A DNA stretch of 64,000 bases, taken from Eledone cirrhosa (taxonomy: Eukaryota). A program made the translations under genes and the position numbers. The DNA is taken from assembly GCA_964016885.1 (NCBI GenBank), contig OZ024741.1, positions 182,714,001-182,778,000 on the forward strand. The letters run 5' to 3'. Position 1 is the stretch's first letter. Every line of letters begins with the position of its first letter. Below are positions 1-13,300 of the stretch, piece after piece. The notes beneath the pieces were generated by a model. That model saw nothing but the letters and a program-made list of their open reading frames with translations. It searched no databases and was not told where the DNA came from.

Positions 1-34
1 CGATATAACCCATACGTACTTATGTAAATGTATA

Positions 35-116
<82 letters not shown>

Positions 117-323
117 TGTGCATATTTACATTTATGTACTAGCTGTGCTAGGGCGAAAAAATAAAATTCTAATTTTATTTATATACTAGACCACCCGTGA
201 CTATGTTCACTTAAAAATAATTTTTAAATCAGTAAAATATACACAAAATGTATATAATGTAAAATGACATTGGAAAGCCAATATATATATACGTGTATGT
301 GTGTGTGTATATGTACGTGTATT

Positions 324-357
<34 letters not shown>

Positions 358-543
358 ATTGTGTGTGGGGGTATCTGTGGCCTATATACACTGATTACAC
401 ACACACACACATACATCCTGTCCTAACACAAGTTATAAGATACATATAAGTTAATATTCAGTCACCAAATTCAAGCTAGATGCAGTAATGCTGTATTCGA
501 TTCTTTGAAGTCACCTGTCATAATTTCATTCAACAACACCACC

Positions 544-546
<3 letters not shown>

Positions 547-618
<72 letters not shown>

Positions 619-640
619 TCTCTCTTCCCCCCTCTCTCTC

Positions 641-676
<36 letters not shown>
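547..676. repeat. (CT)n microsatellite, representative of dozens of simple repeats in the window
   Basis: Seen directly. Other long tracts: (TA)n at ~3506-3642, 6098-6178, 25078-25210, 30390-30500, 32730-33078, 34927-35220; (GA)n at 24653-24735 and 56163-56325; (AGT)n at 38848-38901; (AAT)n at 52680-52760. Confidence 0.97.
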
Positions 677-1159
677 ATTCACAACTACTATCTGCGTTTG
701 TATTCACATTTCAATGGTACCTTACTTTCAAAAAAATTTCCCATTATGCGCTGATTTGGCTATTTATAAAGGTACCCGAAAAAACCCGCGTATCTCGAGA
801 ACCCGTGGTCCGATTTACGCGAAACTTGTCTTTTCACTGTATTATTCACAAGTATTTTCACAAAGAAAATATCAAATCATTTTTCACTAATAGCTATCCA
901 ATCACTCAACTTCAAAATTCTTTTTTCTATATCTCTATGGATGCTTGACAGTTTGTTCTGAAAGATTTTTCTGCTTAAAAAGTTGCAATGTTAATGAAAA
1001 GCTGGTTTTATTTACAAAAATTTGAAAGAAATTATTCTTACTTGTCTTAGTTTTTCCTTTTCCTTTCATTTTCTGACGTCGGAATCAACATTTTCTCATA
1101 TTTACGCTGTTACAGTTTGTTCAAAAGAATGCTTTTGATGACAACATTCTTAGTTGACT

Positions 1160-2700
1160 GGTGCAAAAATCGTCATCATCATTCAATGCGTCAGTAAGGC
1201 CCTTGTATGTTGTAGATCGCAATGATGTTTGGTTCATTCGGATGTATTGCAGTCTATCTCCTTCAATCTTCGCAGCCATGTCAACCAAATATTGCTGAAA
1301 TAAACGACCGCCTCTGAGAAGTTGGTTGAATTCATTCTCATGATTCATTATTCGATAGGCATAGTAGCGCATTGGCGTCAACTTCTTGTTGTTGCTCATT
1401 AACAGCTCATGATGCGATCCGTCATCGCCAAAAGGAAAAAATAGAACATACTGCAAACTGTCATAGGACCGATGAGACTCTGAGATTATTTGCAATTGTC
1501 CGCCTTTTTCTTTCAACACAATGTGCCGTGCTTTTGAAGTTCGGTGCTGTTTTGTATAATAACGGCAACTTCGTTTGCTGTTTGTGCATTGAATCTTCTC
1601 TCATGTTCCATTTCTGGTCTCCTATCAGGATCAATAATAATCGAAGCTTCGGGAATATTTTTAATTTGTTCTTTTGCCATTCGAAATGAAGCAACGTAAG
1701 GGTTATACTGACTCAGACTCAGAAGCTCCCGCGTCTTGCGACGCATGAGGCAATCATAGTGTTCCATCGCGTTCGGTCAGCAGCCAGTTGCACAGCGTCC
1801 CGCCATTGTCTGTTTGTCGCTCGCAGGTCCCTCTCAACTGTCTGGCGCCAGTTCATTTTGGGTCGCCCTCTCCGTCTGCTTCCCTCCGGGCTCCATTTAA
1901 GTACTTGGTTCGCCAGTCTCTCCGGGGGAAGTCTCAAAGCGTGTCTAAACCAGCCCAGGCGTCGCCTGCAGATGGTAGAAGAGACTAGCTGCTGGTTGGT
2001 GCGGTTCCTGACTTCCTGGTTTGCTACATGGTCACTCCATTTAATCCCCAGGATCTTTCGCAGACATCTGGAATCGAATGCGTCCAACTTTTACTCTTGG
2101 CTGGTCTTAAGGTGCCATGTTTCACTTCCGTACAAGAGTGTGGACAGCACGTTGCTGTTGTAGAATCTCATCTTTGTTTTGAGGGGTTATATTGTCTGAG
2201 TATTATTTCCAATAATTCAACTATGTCGCGCTGAATGCCATCGTTATGGAGTATCCTGATCCTCAAATCAACACTATCCTAAGGATCCAAGAAGTAAATT
2301 TGAAGAAATTGGGGTTATTCGTTTGGATTAGGGGTTAAAGAACCGATGTAATGGTGAATTTGACCGTGAATAACGATAGAAGGATTCCATCCACTCCTTG
2401 AGGAACGAACTTCTTCGGCCCCAAAAGATGTCATTTGGAACAGGCAGTTGTATTGTCTGAGGTTCTTCCTGAACTCGTTTGCCCTAGGTTGATCAGTACT
2501 AAATAAACTGTGAAGTTCCTGGGGTAAAGGCTGCAGATTCCCCAACCTGACTTTTCCATTCATACAGCAAACGTTAGCAGTTTCACCATGAAAAAGCATT
2601 GCATGACAACAGACACATCTTATTCATCTGTCCAACATCAGCAGAGAAGTCACGTTGTTGAACTGTCCTTGCTCTATCCGTAATGGTTTGTTGGCAAAGA
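1160..2700 (-). mobile_element. Helitron RepHel N-terminal relic with stops/frameshifts, interrupted by an RTE insertion
   Basis: Minus-strand peptides CCMNGKVRL...FRKNLRQYNCLFQMTSFG...IHGQIHHYIGSL, PQFLQIYFLD, RRFNAQTANEVAVI and YDSLQYVLFFPFGDDG...YYAYRIM...GGRLFQQYLVDMAAKIEGDRLQYIR are typical Helitron_like_N motifs. Confidence 0.9.
1711..2183 (-). mobile_element. 5'-truncated RTE-clade LINE nested in the Helitron, with an 11-bp target-site duplication
   Basis: ORF 1719-2087 (CLRKILGIKWSDHV...RRRLGWF...RRRGRPK..W) is an RTE ORF C-terminus. Short (TGAGTC)n tail. Flanks gggttatactg (1700-1710) and gggttatattg (2184-2194); removing the insert restores the Helitron peptide ...IILRQYNPYVASF. 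Confidence 0.88.
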
Positions 2701-3504
2701 CGTTCAGTTCTCCGAGCGTCCGATTCATGATCTCTCCTTCTGTCTCTTTCCCCCTGTTCCGCCTGACGCTCAGCTCTCCCACCATGCGATTCATGATCTC
2801 TCCTGCTTGTCTCTTTCCCTCTGTTCCGCCAGACGCGCAGCTCTCCGACCATCCGATTCCTGATCTCTCCTTATTGTCTGTTTAAATAACTCGTATTTTT
2901 CAAATCATATTCACTTAAAAAATACTTATTAATAATTAAAATATTCTGTTTAAAGAAAGCTGAAATATATATACTCAGTGTACAAATAATTTGTATTTCT
3001 TAAGAATATTTTTTGAATATGCCAAGAAATATTTTTTCCATCGTATTCACTTGAAAATAATTTTTTAAAAATGAAGATATTGTCTAAGTAAATAAAGCTA
3101 TTTGTGAAATCAAATTCACTTTAAAATATTTCTAAATAATTGAAATATTCTTTTTAACAAAAGCAAAAATATAAACACCTACTGTTTAACACCAACTGGT
3201 ATTTTTCAGTGATATTCACTTAATGCTTTTCTGATAATTAAAATATCCTCTGTTTAAAGAAAGCTGAAATATAGATACTTGAAGTACAAACAACTTGTAG
3301 TTTTGAAATCATATTCACTGAGAAATCACTGAAAAATCTTTTTTTAATAATTATTAAACTATTTTCATCATTCGAGAAATATTTTTATGTCGATTTACGT
3401 CAAACCTGTTTTATCCCCATTTCAGGGTTATATCACTTACAGGGCTATTTTTCCATTATGCACCGTTTTGGCTATTTACGAAGGTATCCTACACACACAC
3501 ACAA

Positions 3505-3645
<141 letters not shown>

Positions 3646-4783
3646 GAACGAAAATCCTGTTGAAAACCTGAATCCTCCGTTCGATCATGAATACCACGAG
3701 CTTGCCAGTCACGTAAGTCTGATATTTGATTTAGGATTCAAAGAAACACTTTAAACGATTAATCGTTTGATTTGTCCAGGTGTACTTTTCTCAACCTGAT
3801 TAGTTCTATCGTTACTTTGGTATATATTGTGTGTTAGATTCGCTTACCACAATGTTCGATTTGTCAAGCTATTTAAACGTATGTTATTACTCTAAGGCCC
3901 TATCTTATCGAGTGCTTTGCTAACTCATCATTTCATATAAGTAGGCCGAATTTACTTGCAAACCGCCAGAAATTCGATTTTATTGATTTCCAATTATATA
4001 TATATGTCTCTAACTTAAGTACTGTTACACACACATACACACACACATGTCTCTAAGTACGTAAACACATGCACTGGCACATATACACATACAGATACAC
4101 ACGGTGGCAGTATAACTGTGAAAGAGAGAGAAAGAAATAACGTTATGGATGGGGGGGGGTTAAAATAAATAAAGGTTAAGGACGCTGTCTCTTTCCCTAT
4201 CTGTAATTTCCCTCTCTCTCTCATCCCCTCACTCTCTCTCTCTTTCTCTCTCTCAACCCCTCTCTGGCTCTCTTACCTACAGAATGGACAACCAAAAAAC
4301 AAACGGATTATTTCTTTCGATATTCATTATAAAATAAGATAAATTGAATTTAGATGAATTCCTTGCTATTTTTGGGGAAAATTGAAAATATTGTCCATGT
4401 GCGATTTACGCCAAACTTGTTTTATTCAGAGTATTTTCTCATTATGCAATGTTTTGGCTATTTACGAAGTTATGCAGGGTTATGTTAATTTCGAGGTATT
4501 TTCCCAGTATGCACCGTTGTGGCTATTTACGAAGGTACGCCTAAAACCCGCGAATCCCGGAAACCCGGGGTCAGATTTTCGCGAAACTTGTTTTATTCAA
4601 TTTGTATTCTCTTTTCAGAGGCAACTTGCTTTCAAAGTATTTACCCATTATGCACCCCTTTGGCTGTATTACATAACAAACAAGCAAGCAAAAAAGCACG
4701 CAAGATCAGAGTTTTAGTAGTATATAGATATAGATATAAAATTATATATATGCACACACACAGACACACATACACATATACAC

Positions 4784-4907
<124 letters not shown>

Positions 4908-4970
4908 TTATATATATATATATATATATACATATATATAATGTATAATAAAGAATATAATATAATTACA

Positions 4971-5034
4971 TCATTACCAGAGGTTTCCCGAATAAGACGA
5001 ATACAAGAAACGTCCTCATTCGTTCATCAGACAA
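4971..5034 (-). ncRNA. Putative type-I hammerhead ribozyme with weak stem I
   Basis: Minus strand: ttgt CTGATGA a cgaatgaggacg...cgtcttattcg g GAAAC c tct g GTA atga. Confidence 0.5.
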
Positions 5035-5257
5035 GGCAATTTAAAACATAGTGAAATATTTGAAAAATCTCCTCAAGAAAGCAAAAGTTTAACGGGCAAA
5101 AAAATATATACATAAAACTAATGCAAGAGATATATGAAAATAAAATAAGGAAATATAGTTAGGGTATGCGTATAATTGTGTGTATATTCACTCACAAATG
5201 TACATATGTGTGTATGTACATATACATGTGTATAGTGAAAAAATGTGTGTGTATATG

Positions 5258-5289
<32 letters not shown>

Positions 5290-5302
<13 letters not shown>

Positions 5303-6088
5303 ATGTATATGTGTATATATATATAGTCGCGTGCGTGCGTGTGATTAGATGTACATGTACGTATATATATATATGTGCTTCGTGTGTATGTATGCGCGCC
5401 TTTGTATGTATCTACGCATGTATGTGCTTTTGTCTGTACGTATTTATATATATATATTTTTATATATATATATATGTGTATGTACGAACCTATTGTATAT
5501 ATCACTTGCATGTATGTGGTTGCGCGTGTGTGTGTGTTTATACGCGTGCTTTCATACTTGTATGTGTATATATTTCAATCCTTAGTACCTGAGCCTGGAT
5601 GTACGTTAACTCTATTATCTTACAATTTCTTTTTCAAAATATATTATATACGTATTTGTAGTCACACATACACTGATATGCTTGCCCTCATATATGAGCG
5701 TTAGTACATATATGAGGGCAAGCATATCAGTGTATGTGTGACTACAAATACGTATATAATATATTTTGAAAAAGAAATTGTAAGATAATAGAGTTAACGT
5801 ACATCCAGGCTCAGGTACTAACGATTGAAATATATACACATACAACTATGAAAGCACGCGTATAAACACACACACACGCGCAACCACATACATGCAAGTG
5901 ATATATACAATAGGTTCGTACATACACATATATATATAAATATATATATATATAAATACGTACAGACAAAAGCACATACATGCGTAGATACATACAAAGG
6001 CGCGCATACATACACACGAAGCACATATATATATACGTACATGTACATCTAATCACACGCACGCACGCGACTATATATATATATACAT

Positions 6089-6110
<22 letters not shown>
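5290..6110. repeat. Long inverted repeat with ~400-bp arms and a 10-bp spacer (5697-5706)
   Basis: ...cttgccctcatatatg-agcgttagta-catatatgagggcaag...; arms match out to tagtcgcgtgcg / cgcacgcgacta. The ORF track shows mirrored peptides on the two strands. Confidence 0.93.
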
Positions 6111-6185
<75 letters not shown>

Positions 6186-6624
6186 CACACACACATATAT
6201 ATAAAAGTATGTAAAAAACATAGATATAAAAACACACATACACACACACATATACACACACACGTGCACATACGAATGCATTCGTAAACATATACAAACA
6301 CGCATACACACACATGCACGCTCACACGCATAGATACAATATAAAAACCAGCCGTATGAATAAATGAGTACAAATTATACGCAAGTAAACACTTAAAAGC
6401 GGCTGAGAGACAACTTCCCACGTTGTGTACAAACAATAGTCAACTTTTTATTTGACCTCATGGATTCGTTAGAGACTAACCAGACCCTCCTTGGAAAGAT
6501 ACAAATATCACAGGCCTAGTTTATCGCATTCACTTTGCAAGTTGTGAGTTTTCGTGCAGCTCATTTAAATTCTGCATCAGAGATGCATACTTTTTCAAAA
6601 ACATCTACACCATCCTTTATCAAT

Positions 6625-6900
6625 TGTTCTTCTCCTTCTCCTTTGCCCACTTATTCCTGGAGGGTCGTGGGAACAGAGCCCTCAAGCACGATTTCCAGCA
6701 TGTCCTGTCAGAAGCAACTGTCTGCAATTGGTCCGGTTTGATCCCCAAGCAAGGCCAGCCGAGCTTATGGATGTTATCCAACCATCATGCCCGGGGCCTA
6801 CCCCTAGATCTCCTGCCCGTAAAAAACTATCCAGCGACTCTTTCCGTAGACATGCCTGCAAAGGTGCTTGGTTATTCCAGCGCCTTAGCCTCACTATCAC
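6625..6900 (-). mobile_element. Degraded RTE LINE 3' fragment, related to the 42960-43100 segment
   Basis: tcctgtcagaagca...atggatgttatccaaccatc...ctacccct is shared with 42968-43070; minus strand carries an R-G-R-P-R..W-like C-terminal motif. Confidence 0.65.
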
Positions 6901-7701
6901 CCGCTGCAATGCTGCTAGTGTATTGACTAGCCTCAAAAATTATTAAATTAAAGGGTATACTGATTCTCACGCCGGGGTCACCACTTTAGCAGGAAAAATC
7001 TTTAAAATAATGTTTTTTTGGTTGCGAGAAAGATCCTTAATGAAGATGTAGTTAAAGGCTACGTGTTTATGTTTAGTCCACGTGGAAGGATCAGACCGAA
7101 AAGCACACGTTAAAATATAAAAAGGTTTATTTTTCGCCGTAAATTATTATGAGTGCCATTGCTTACTTCAAAGGAAAACTCCAGCGTCCCTTGTAACGTG
7201 TGATTGCGTGTGTGAACCTTCTTCCCCAACGTTTTTCGATTGCGCTTTTTTCTTCTTTTTATCAGTTTTAAATATTATAATTTCCTAATAGCTACTAAAT
7301 CTTTACGATCAGAATATACATTCAAATCTATAAAAGAATCATATTCATATCGAATATATATATATATATACATCTCATAATTATAGTTACATACAGACAC
7401 ACCTGACGTCACACCACGTACTCACACAAATATCGAGTAATGTTACGAATCGAGTGTGGTATCCCATTGTTAATACCGACCTTTGTAATTTCAACATAAG
7501 TACATAAATGTGTGCGTAGGGAAGTGAAATGTAGTCAACGCCCTAACACAGATTTTATTTACACATGCCCCCACCCCTCTCTCTCTCTCTAAAAAAAAAT
7601 AAAACTCCAGTTGCATTTTCGATTTCATCTCTTTTTCTTTATACTTTCACTCGTGTAGGACACCTCGGTTATTTTTCATTTTGTAAAAAAAAAAACCTCA
7701 C

Positions 7702-7743
<42 letters not shown>

Positions 7744-8001
7744 TTAAGTCGTTTGGAAGCCTCTCATACTCTTATATATATATATATATATACATTAACA
7801 GAGAAAGCTCCGACCAACTCCCATCTCACTCAACAAACATTAGGATATACCTAAGTATAATCCCAATTATGTGTTTGGGGTGCTAACTATATTGTATTTT
7901 GTGGATAGTCGACTGTATTCTTTTATATGAGGCATAATTACATAAATCTCTTTCCATACGATCGTTTCGTTATAAGATTTCTACAAGGTGGGAGAATAAT
8001 G

Positions 8002-8054
<53 letters not shown>

Positions 8055-8056
<2 letters not shown>

Positions 8057-8197
8057 CATACGTCAAAACGGTCGGTCTCAAAAGTGAAACTAATTTTTGA
8101 AAGTTACGTACACGTTATACGAGTTATTTAAATTTATATATATAAAATAAAGGAGCAAATAAGAGCATGATATGAAGTCAGTCATGTGTGTGTGTAA

Positions 8198-8234
<37 letters not shown>

Positions 8235-8541
8235 CGAATGTAAAAGAATATATGTAGGGCATAGATAAGGTTTCCTAGAATTTTACACACACACACATAT
8301 ATACACACACACGTGTATATATTATAGTGTGTATGTGTGCATATATAAGTGTATATGTGTGTGTACTTTTACATTCGTTTACACACACACACACACATAT
8401 ATACACACACAGATGACTGACTTCATATCATGCTCTTATTTGCTCCTTTATTTTATATATATAAATTTAAATAACTCTTATAACGTGTACGTAACTGTCA
8501 AAAATTAGTTTCACTTTTGAGACCGGCCGTTTTGACGTATG

Positions 8542-8543
<2 letters not shown>
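8055..8543. mobile_element. Fold-back/MITE-like element with ~190-bp inverted arms embedded in (TA)n
   Basis: Arm 8055-8246 (ggcatacgtcaaaacggtcggtctcaaaagtg...) is the reverse complement of 8366-8543; TA repeats abut both ends. Confidence 0.8.
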
Positions 8544-8593
<50 letters not shown>

Positions 8594-8673
8594 ATCGAGT
8601 GCTTAGCTGTACATTCCGATTGCATTCGTTAGCTTAGCTGCAGCCAGAGCTTCGATTGTGCTGTACTCCCATT

Positions 8674-8712
<39 letters not shown>

Positions 8713-8767
8713 ATTTAAAACTGCACTATCCACAAGTGTTTTTTAGCCTTCATATCATGTCCTCCTG

Positions 8768-8834
8768 TTTTATCTGATGAAAACACAAATATTATTGCAT
8801 GATGATGTTTGTTTTTGAAATGCGCATAATAAAA
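8768..8834 (+). ncRNA. Type-I hammerhead ribozyme with long stem II and palindromic stem III
   Basis: ttttat CTGATGA aaac-acaaatattatt gcat gatgatgtttgt-tttt GAAA tgcgca TA ataaaa; stem I 6 bp, ATGCGCAT palindrome, AUA cleavage triplet. Confidence 0.78.
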
Positions 8835-8866
8835 TACATGGAACTCCTTTAACCATCTTTTGATCT

Positions 8867-8960
<94 letters not shown>

Positions 8961-9041
8961 ATATATATATATATATATATATACCCGCAAAAAGACAACC
9001 TTAGCGGTTGGGGCTTCCTGGATAGTATATCCAGGGGCTTC

Positions 9042-9098
<57 letters not shown>

Positions 9099-9114
9099 AC
9101 GAAGGGTATAAATA

Positions 9115-9793
9115 TGTAATAAAATGGTTATATGTGGTTATTAGAAATGATTATAACAAGAATAATAAGAATAAATGATTTGGTTTATATATGTTTTACT
9201 TCACGTGAATCAATTAAAACGTACAATAAAACAGTTACCAAGAGTTGCGGAGACTGACAATGTTATTTTGTTGTTGGTTTATGAGACTGTTGTAGTCAGT
9301 AGTAGTTGACTGTTGTTGTTGGTGTGAAAACAACAACCGAACAGATAATGTTGTTGTTGTTGTTGGAGTCCGTGGTAATAGTTGAGACCATAGTGAGTGA
9401 GAGAGAGTAATGGTTTGTATAACTCTGAATAGTCTGTAGTAATAGGGCTCCAGTCTCTGTGTGTATCTGTAGACCTCATGGGCCTGAAGGTAGCGGTGAA
9501 TCTTTACATAGTTAGTTGCTGGTGTAATGCTCCGATCTTTCTTGTATCTCTGTAGACCTCTAGGGTCTGTTGATAGCGGTGAATCTTTACATAGCTTGTT
9601 CTGTAGTGGGGTGCTCCGATGTCTCTATATAAACGTGGGATGATACAGGCTTTATATACCTATCGCTTCCTGTCCCCCCCCCCCCCTTGAGAGGATAGCC
9701 AACGCTTCAACGTGTTCACACCAAAAGGGTGATGACGCAGAATTTGACCTTTAGGTGTCACCCAAGGTTCAAGGCGCGGACAGATTTCGCTAC

Positions 9794-9794
<1 letters not shown>
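9115..9794 (-). mobile_element. Possible solo LTR (TG...CA) in TA-rich context
   Basis: Begins tgtaat and ends gctaca. Internal ~80-bp duplication (tctgtagacctc...agcggtgaatctttacatag twice) and TATA-like ggtatataaagcc on the minus strand. No coding support. Confidence 0.35.
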
Positions 9795-9853
<59 letters not shown>

Positions 9854-10019
9854 GTGTGTGTGTGTAACTCCTGTTATAGTGACGCGCCGTTCGAAGCACT
9901 CAATGCTCTTACGAGGTCCGTCTCGTGTTGGGTTGTAGGCGACTGTTGTGTGCATTATGATTGAAACCTGAACCCTCATCTGATCGATATCGAAACAATT
10001 GTAACATGCTAATATTTAT

Positions 10020-10326
10020 AGGAGGCCCTGCGTCTTTCAACAGGGCTCCCCCCCTTCCCACCCACAAGGTCAGGATAACCCAGGCCTTGCTCTTCGCCGT
10101 ACCAGGGGTTGCCCAACATGTGCCCCCCCCCACCCCTCGATTAGTTTGTGTCGGGGGTCTTGGAGAGAGAAGAGAACAGCAGGTCCTACGACACCAAGGA
10201 GGCTCTCAAGTCAGTCATCAGCGATGTCATTCCAAAATGGACTGAGACGCCATCACCAGAGCTTGCACCAGCTTCCGGTCCCGCTTGAAGAAAGTGGTGC
10301 CTGCCGATGGTGGTCACGTCCAGTGA
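10020..10326 (+). pseudogene. Degenerate C-terminal part of a Tc1/mariner-superfamily (maT/DD37D-like) transposase
   Basis: Across frameshifts and stops: RPCVFQQGSP..THKVRITQALL ... PLD*FVSGVLE ... DTKEALKSVI ... MD*DAITRACTSFRSRLKKVVPADGGHVQ*, matching the FQQDSAPAH / NPLDYFVWG / RAC.SFR.RL..V...GG consensus of this family. Confidence 0.8.
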
Positions 10327-13300
10327 TTTGTATTCCAGCTTCCGGTTCCGCCTGAAGAAAGTGGTGGCTGCCGATGGTGGTCACGTCCAGTGATTTGTAT
10401 TCCAGCTTCCGGTTCCGCCTGAAGAAAGTGGTGGCTGCCGATGGTGGTCACGTCCAGTGATTTGTATTCCAGCTTCCGGTTCCGCCTGAAGAAAGTGGTG
10501 GCTGCCGATGGTGGTCACGTCCAGTGATTTGTATTCCAGCTTCCGGTTCCGCATGAAGAAAGTGGTGGCTGCCGATGGTGGTCACGTCCAGTGATTTGTA
10601 TTCCAGCTTCCGGTTCCGGTCCCGCCTGAAGAAAGTGGTGGCTGCCGATGGTGGTCACGTCCACTGATTTGTATTCCAGCTTCCGGTTCCGCATGAAGAA
10701 AGTGGTGGCTGCCGATGGTGGTCACGTCCAGTGATTTGTATTCCAGCTTCCGGTTCCGGTCCCGCCTGAAGAAAGTGGTGGCTGCCGATGGTGGTCACGT
10801 CCAGTGATTTGTATTCCAGCTTCCGGTTCCGCCTGAAGAAAGTGGTGGCTGCCGATGGTGGTCACGTCCAGTGATTTGTATTCCAGCTTCCGGTTCCGCC
10901 TGAAGAAAGTGGTGGCTGCCGATGGTGGTCACGTCCAGTGATTTGTATTCCAGCTTCCGGTTCCGCCTGAAGAAAGTGGTGGCTGCCGATGGTGGTCACG
11001 TCCAGTGATTTGTATTCCAGCTTCCGGTTCCGCCTGAAGAAAGTGGTGGCTGCCGATGGTGGTCACGTCCAGTGATTTGTATTCCAGCTTCCGGTTCCGC
11101 CTGATGAAAGTGGTGGCTGCCGATGGTGGTCACGTCCAGTGATTTGTATTCCAGCTTCCGGTTCCGCCTTTAGAAAGTGGTGGCTGCCGATGGTGGTCAC
11201 GTCCAGTGATTTGTATTCCAGCTTCCGGTTCCGCATGAAGAAAGTGGTGGCTGCCGATGGTGGTCACGTCCAGTGATTTGTATTCCAGCTTCCGGTTCCG
11301 GTCCCGCCTGAAGAAAGTGGTGGCTGCCGATGGTGGTCACGTCCAGTGATTTGTATTCCAGCTTCCGGTTCCGGTCCCGCCTGAAGAAAGTGGTGGCTGC
11401 CGATGGTGGTTACGTCCAGTGATTTGTATTCCAGCTTCCGGTTCCGCCTGAAGAAAGTGGTGGCTGCCGATGGTGGTCACGTCCAGTGATTTGTATTCCA
11501 GCTTCCGGTTCCGGTCATGCCTGAAGAAAGTGGTGGCTGCCGATGGTGGTCACGTCCAGTGATTTGTATTCCAGCTTCCGGTTCCGCCTGAAGAAAGTGG
11601 TGGCTGCCGATGGTGGTCACGTCCAGTGATTTGTATTCCAGCTTCCGGTTCCGCCTGAAGAAAGTGGTGGCTGCCGATGGTGGTCACATCCAGTGATTTG
11701 TATTCCAGCTTCCGGTTCCGCCTGAAGAAAGTGGTGGCTGCCGATGGTGGTCACGTCCAGTGATTTGTATTCCAGCTTCCGGTTCCGCCTGAAGAAAGTG
11801 GTGGCTGCCGATGGTGGTCACGTCCAGTGATTTGTATTCCAGCTTCCGGTTCCGCCTGAAGAAAGTGGTGGCTGCCGATGGTGGTCACGTCCAGTGATTT
11901 GTATTCCAGCTTCCGGTTCCGCCTGAAGAAAGTGGTGGCTGCCGATGGTGGTCACGTCCAGTGATTTGTATTCCAGCTTCCGGTCCCGCCTGAAGAAAGT
12001 GGTGGCTGCCGATGGTGGTCACGTCCAGTGATTTGTATTCCAGCTTCCGGTCCCGCCTGAAGAAAGTGGTGGCTGCCGATGGTGGTCACGTCCAGTGATT
12101 TGTATTCCAGCTTCCGGTTCCGGTCCCGCCTGAAGAAAGTGGTGGCTGCCGATGGTGGTCACGTTCAGTGATTTGTATTCCAGCTTCCGGTTCCGGTCCC
12201 GCCTGAAGAAAGTGGTGGCTGCCGATGGTGGTTACGTCCAGTGATTTGTATTCCAGCTTCCGGTTCCGCCTGAAGAAAGTGGTGGCTGCCGATGGTGGTC
12301 ACGTCCAGTGATTTGTATTCCAGCTTCCGGTTCCGGTCCCGCCTGAAGAAAGTGGTGGATGCCGATGGTGGTCACGTCCAGTGATTTGTATTCCAGCTTC
12401 CGGTTCCGCCTGAAGAAAGTGGTGGCTGCCGATGGTGGTCACGTCCAGTGATTTGTATTCCAGCTTCCGGTTCCGCCTGAAGAAAGTGGTGGCTGCCGAT
12501 GGTGGTCACGTCCAGTGATTTGTATTCCAGCTTCCGGTTCCGCCTGAAGAAAGTGGTGGCTGCCGATGGTGGTCACGTCCAGTGATTTGTATTCCAGCTT
12601 CCGGTTCCGCCTGAAGAAAGTGGTGGCTGCCGATGGTGGTCACGTCCAGTGATTTGTATTCCAGCTTCCGGTTCCGCCTGAAGAAAGTGGTGGCTGCCGA
12701 TGGTGGTCACGTCCAGTGATTTGTATTCCAGCTTCCGGTCCCGCCTGAAGAAAGTGGTGGCTGCCGATGGTGGTCACGTCCAGTGATTTGTATTCCAGCT
12801 TCCGGTCCCGCCTGAAGAAAGTGGTGGCTGCCGATGGTGGTCACGTCCAGTGATTTGTATTCCAGCTTCCGGTTCCGCCTGAAGAAAGTGGTGGCTGCCG
12901 ATGGTGGTCACGTCCAGTGATTTGTATTCCAGCTTCCGGTCCCGCCTGAAGAAAGTGGTGGCTGCCGATGGTGGTCACGTCCAGTGATTTGTATTCCAGC
13001 TTCCGGTCCCGCCTGAAGAAAGTGGTGGCTGCCGATGGTGGTCACGTCCAGTGATTTGTATTCCAGCTTCCGGTCCCGCCTGAAGGAAGTGGTGGCTGCC
13101 GATGGTGGTCACGTCCAGTGATTTGTATTCCAGCTTCCGGTTCCGCCTGAAGAAAGTGGTGGCTGTCGATGGTGGTCACGTCCAGTGATTTGTATTCCAG
13201 CTTCCGGTTCCGGTCCCGCCTGAAGAAAGTGGTGGCTGCCGATGGTGGTCACGTCCACTGATTTGTATTCCAGCTTCCGGTTCCGCATGAAGAAAGTGGT

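Noticed and set aside
9975-10010. ctgatcgatatcGAAACaattGTA hammerhead-like motif (similarly GAAACgatcGTA at ~7955-7992 minus)
   Set aside because: The stem III signature is present but the CUGANGA core and stem I do not fit; at most decayed relics.
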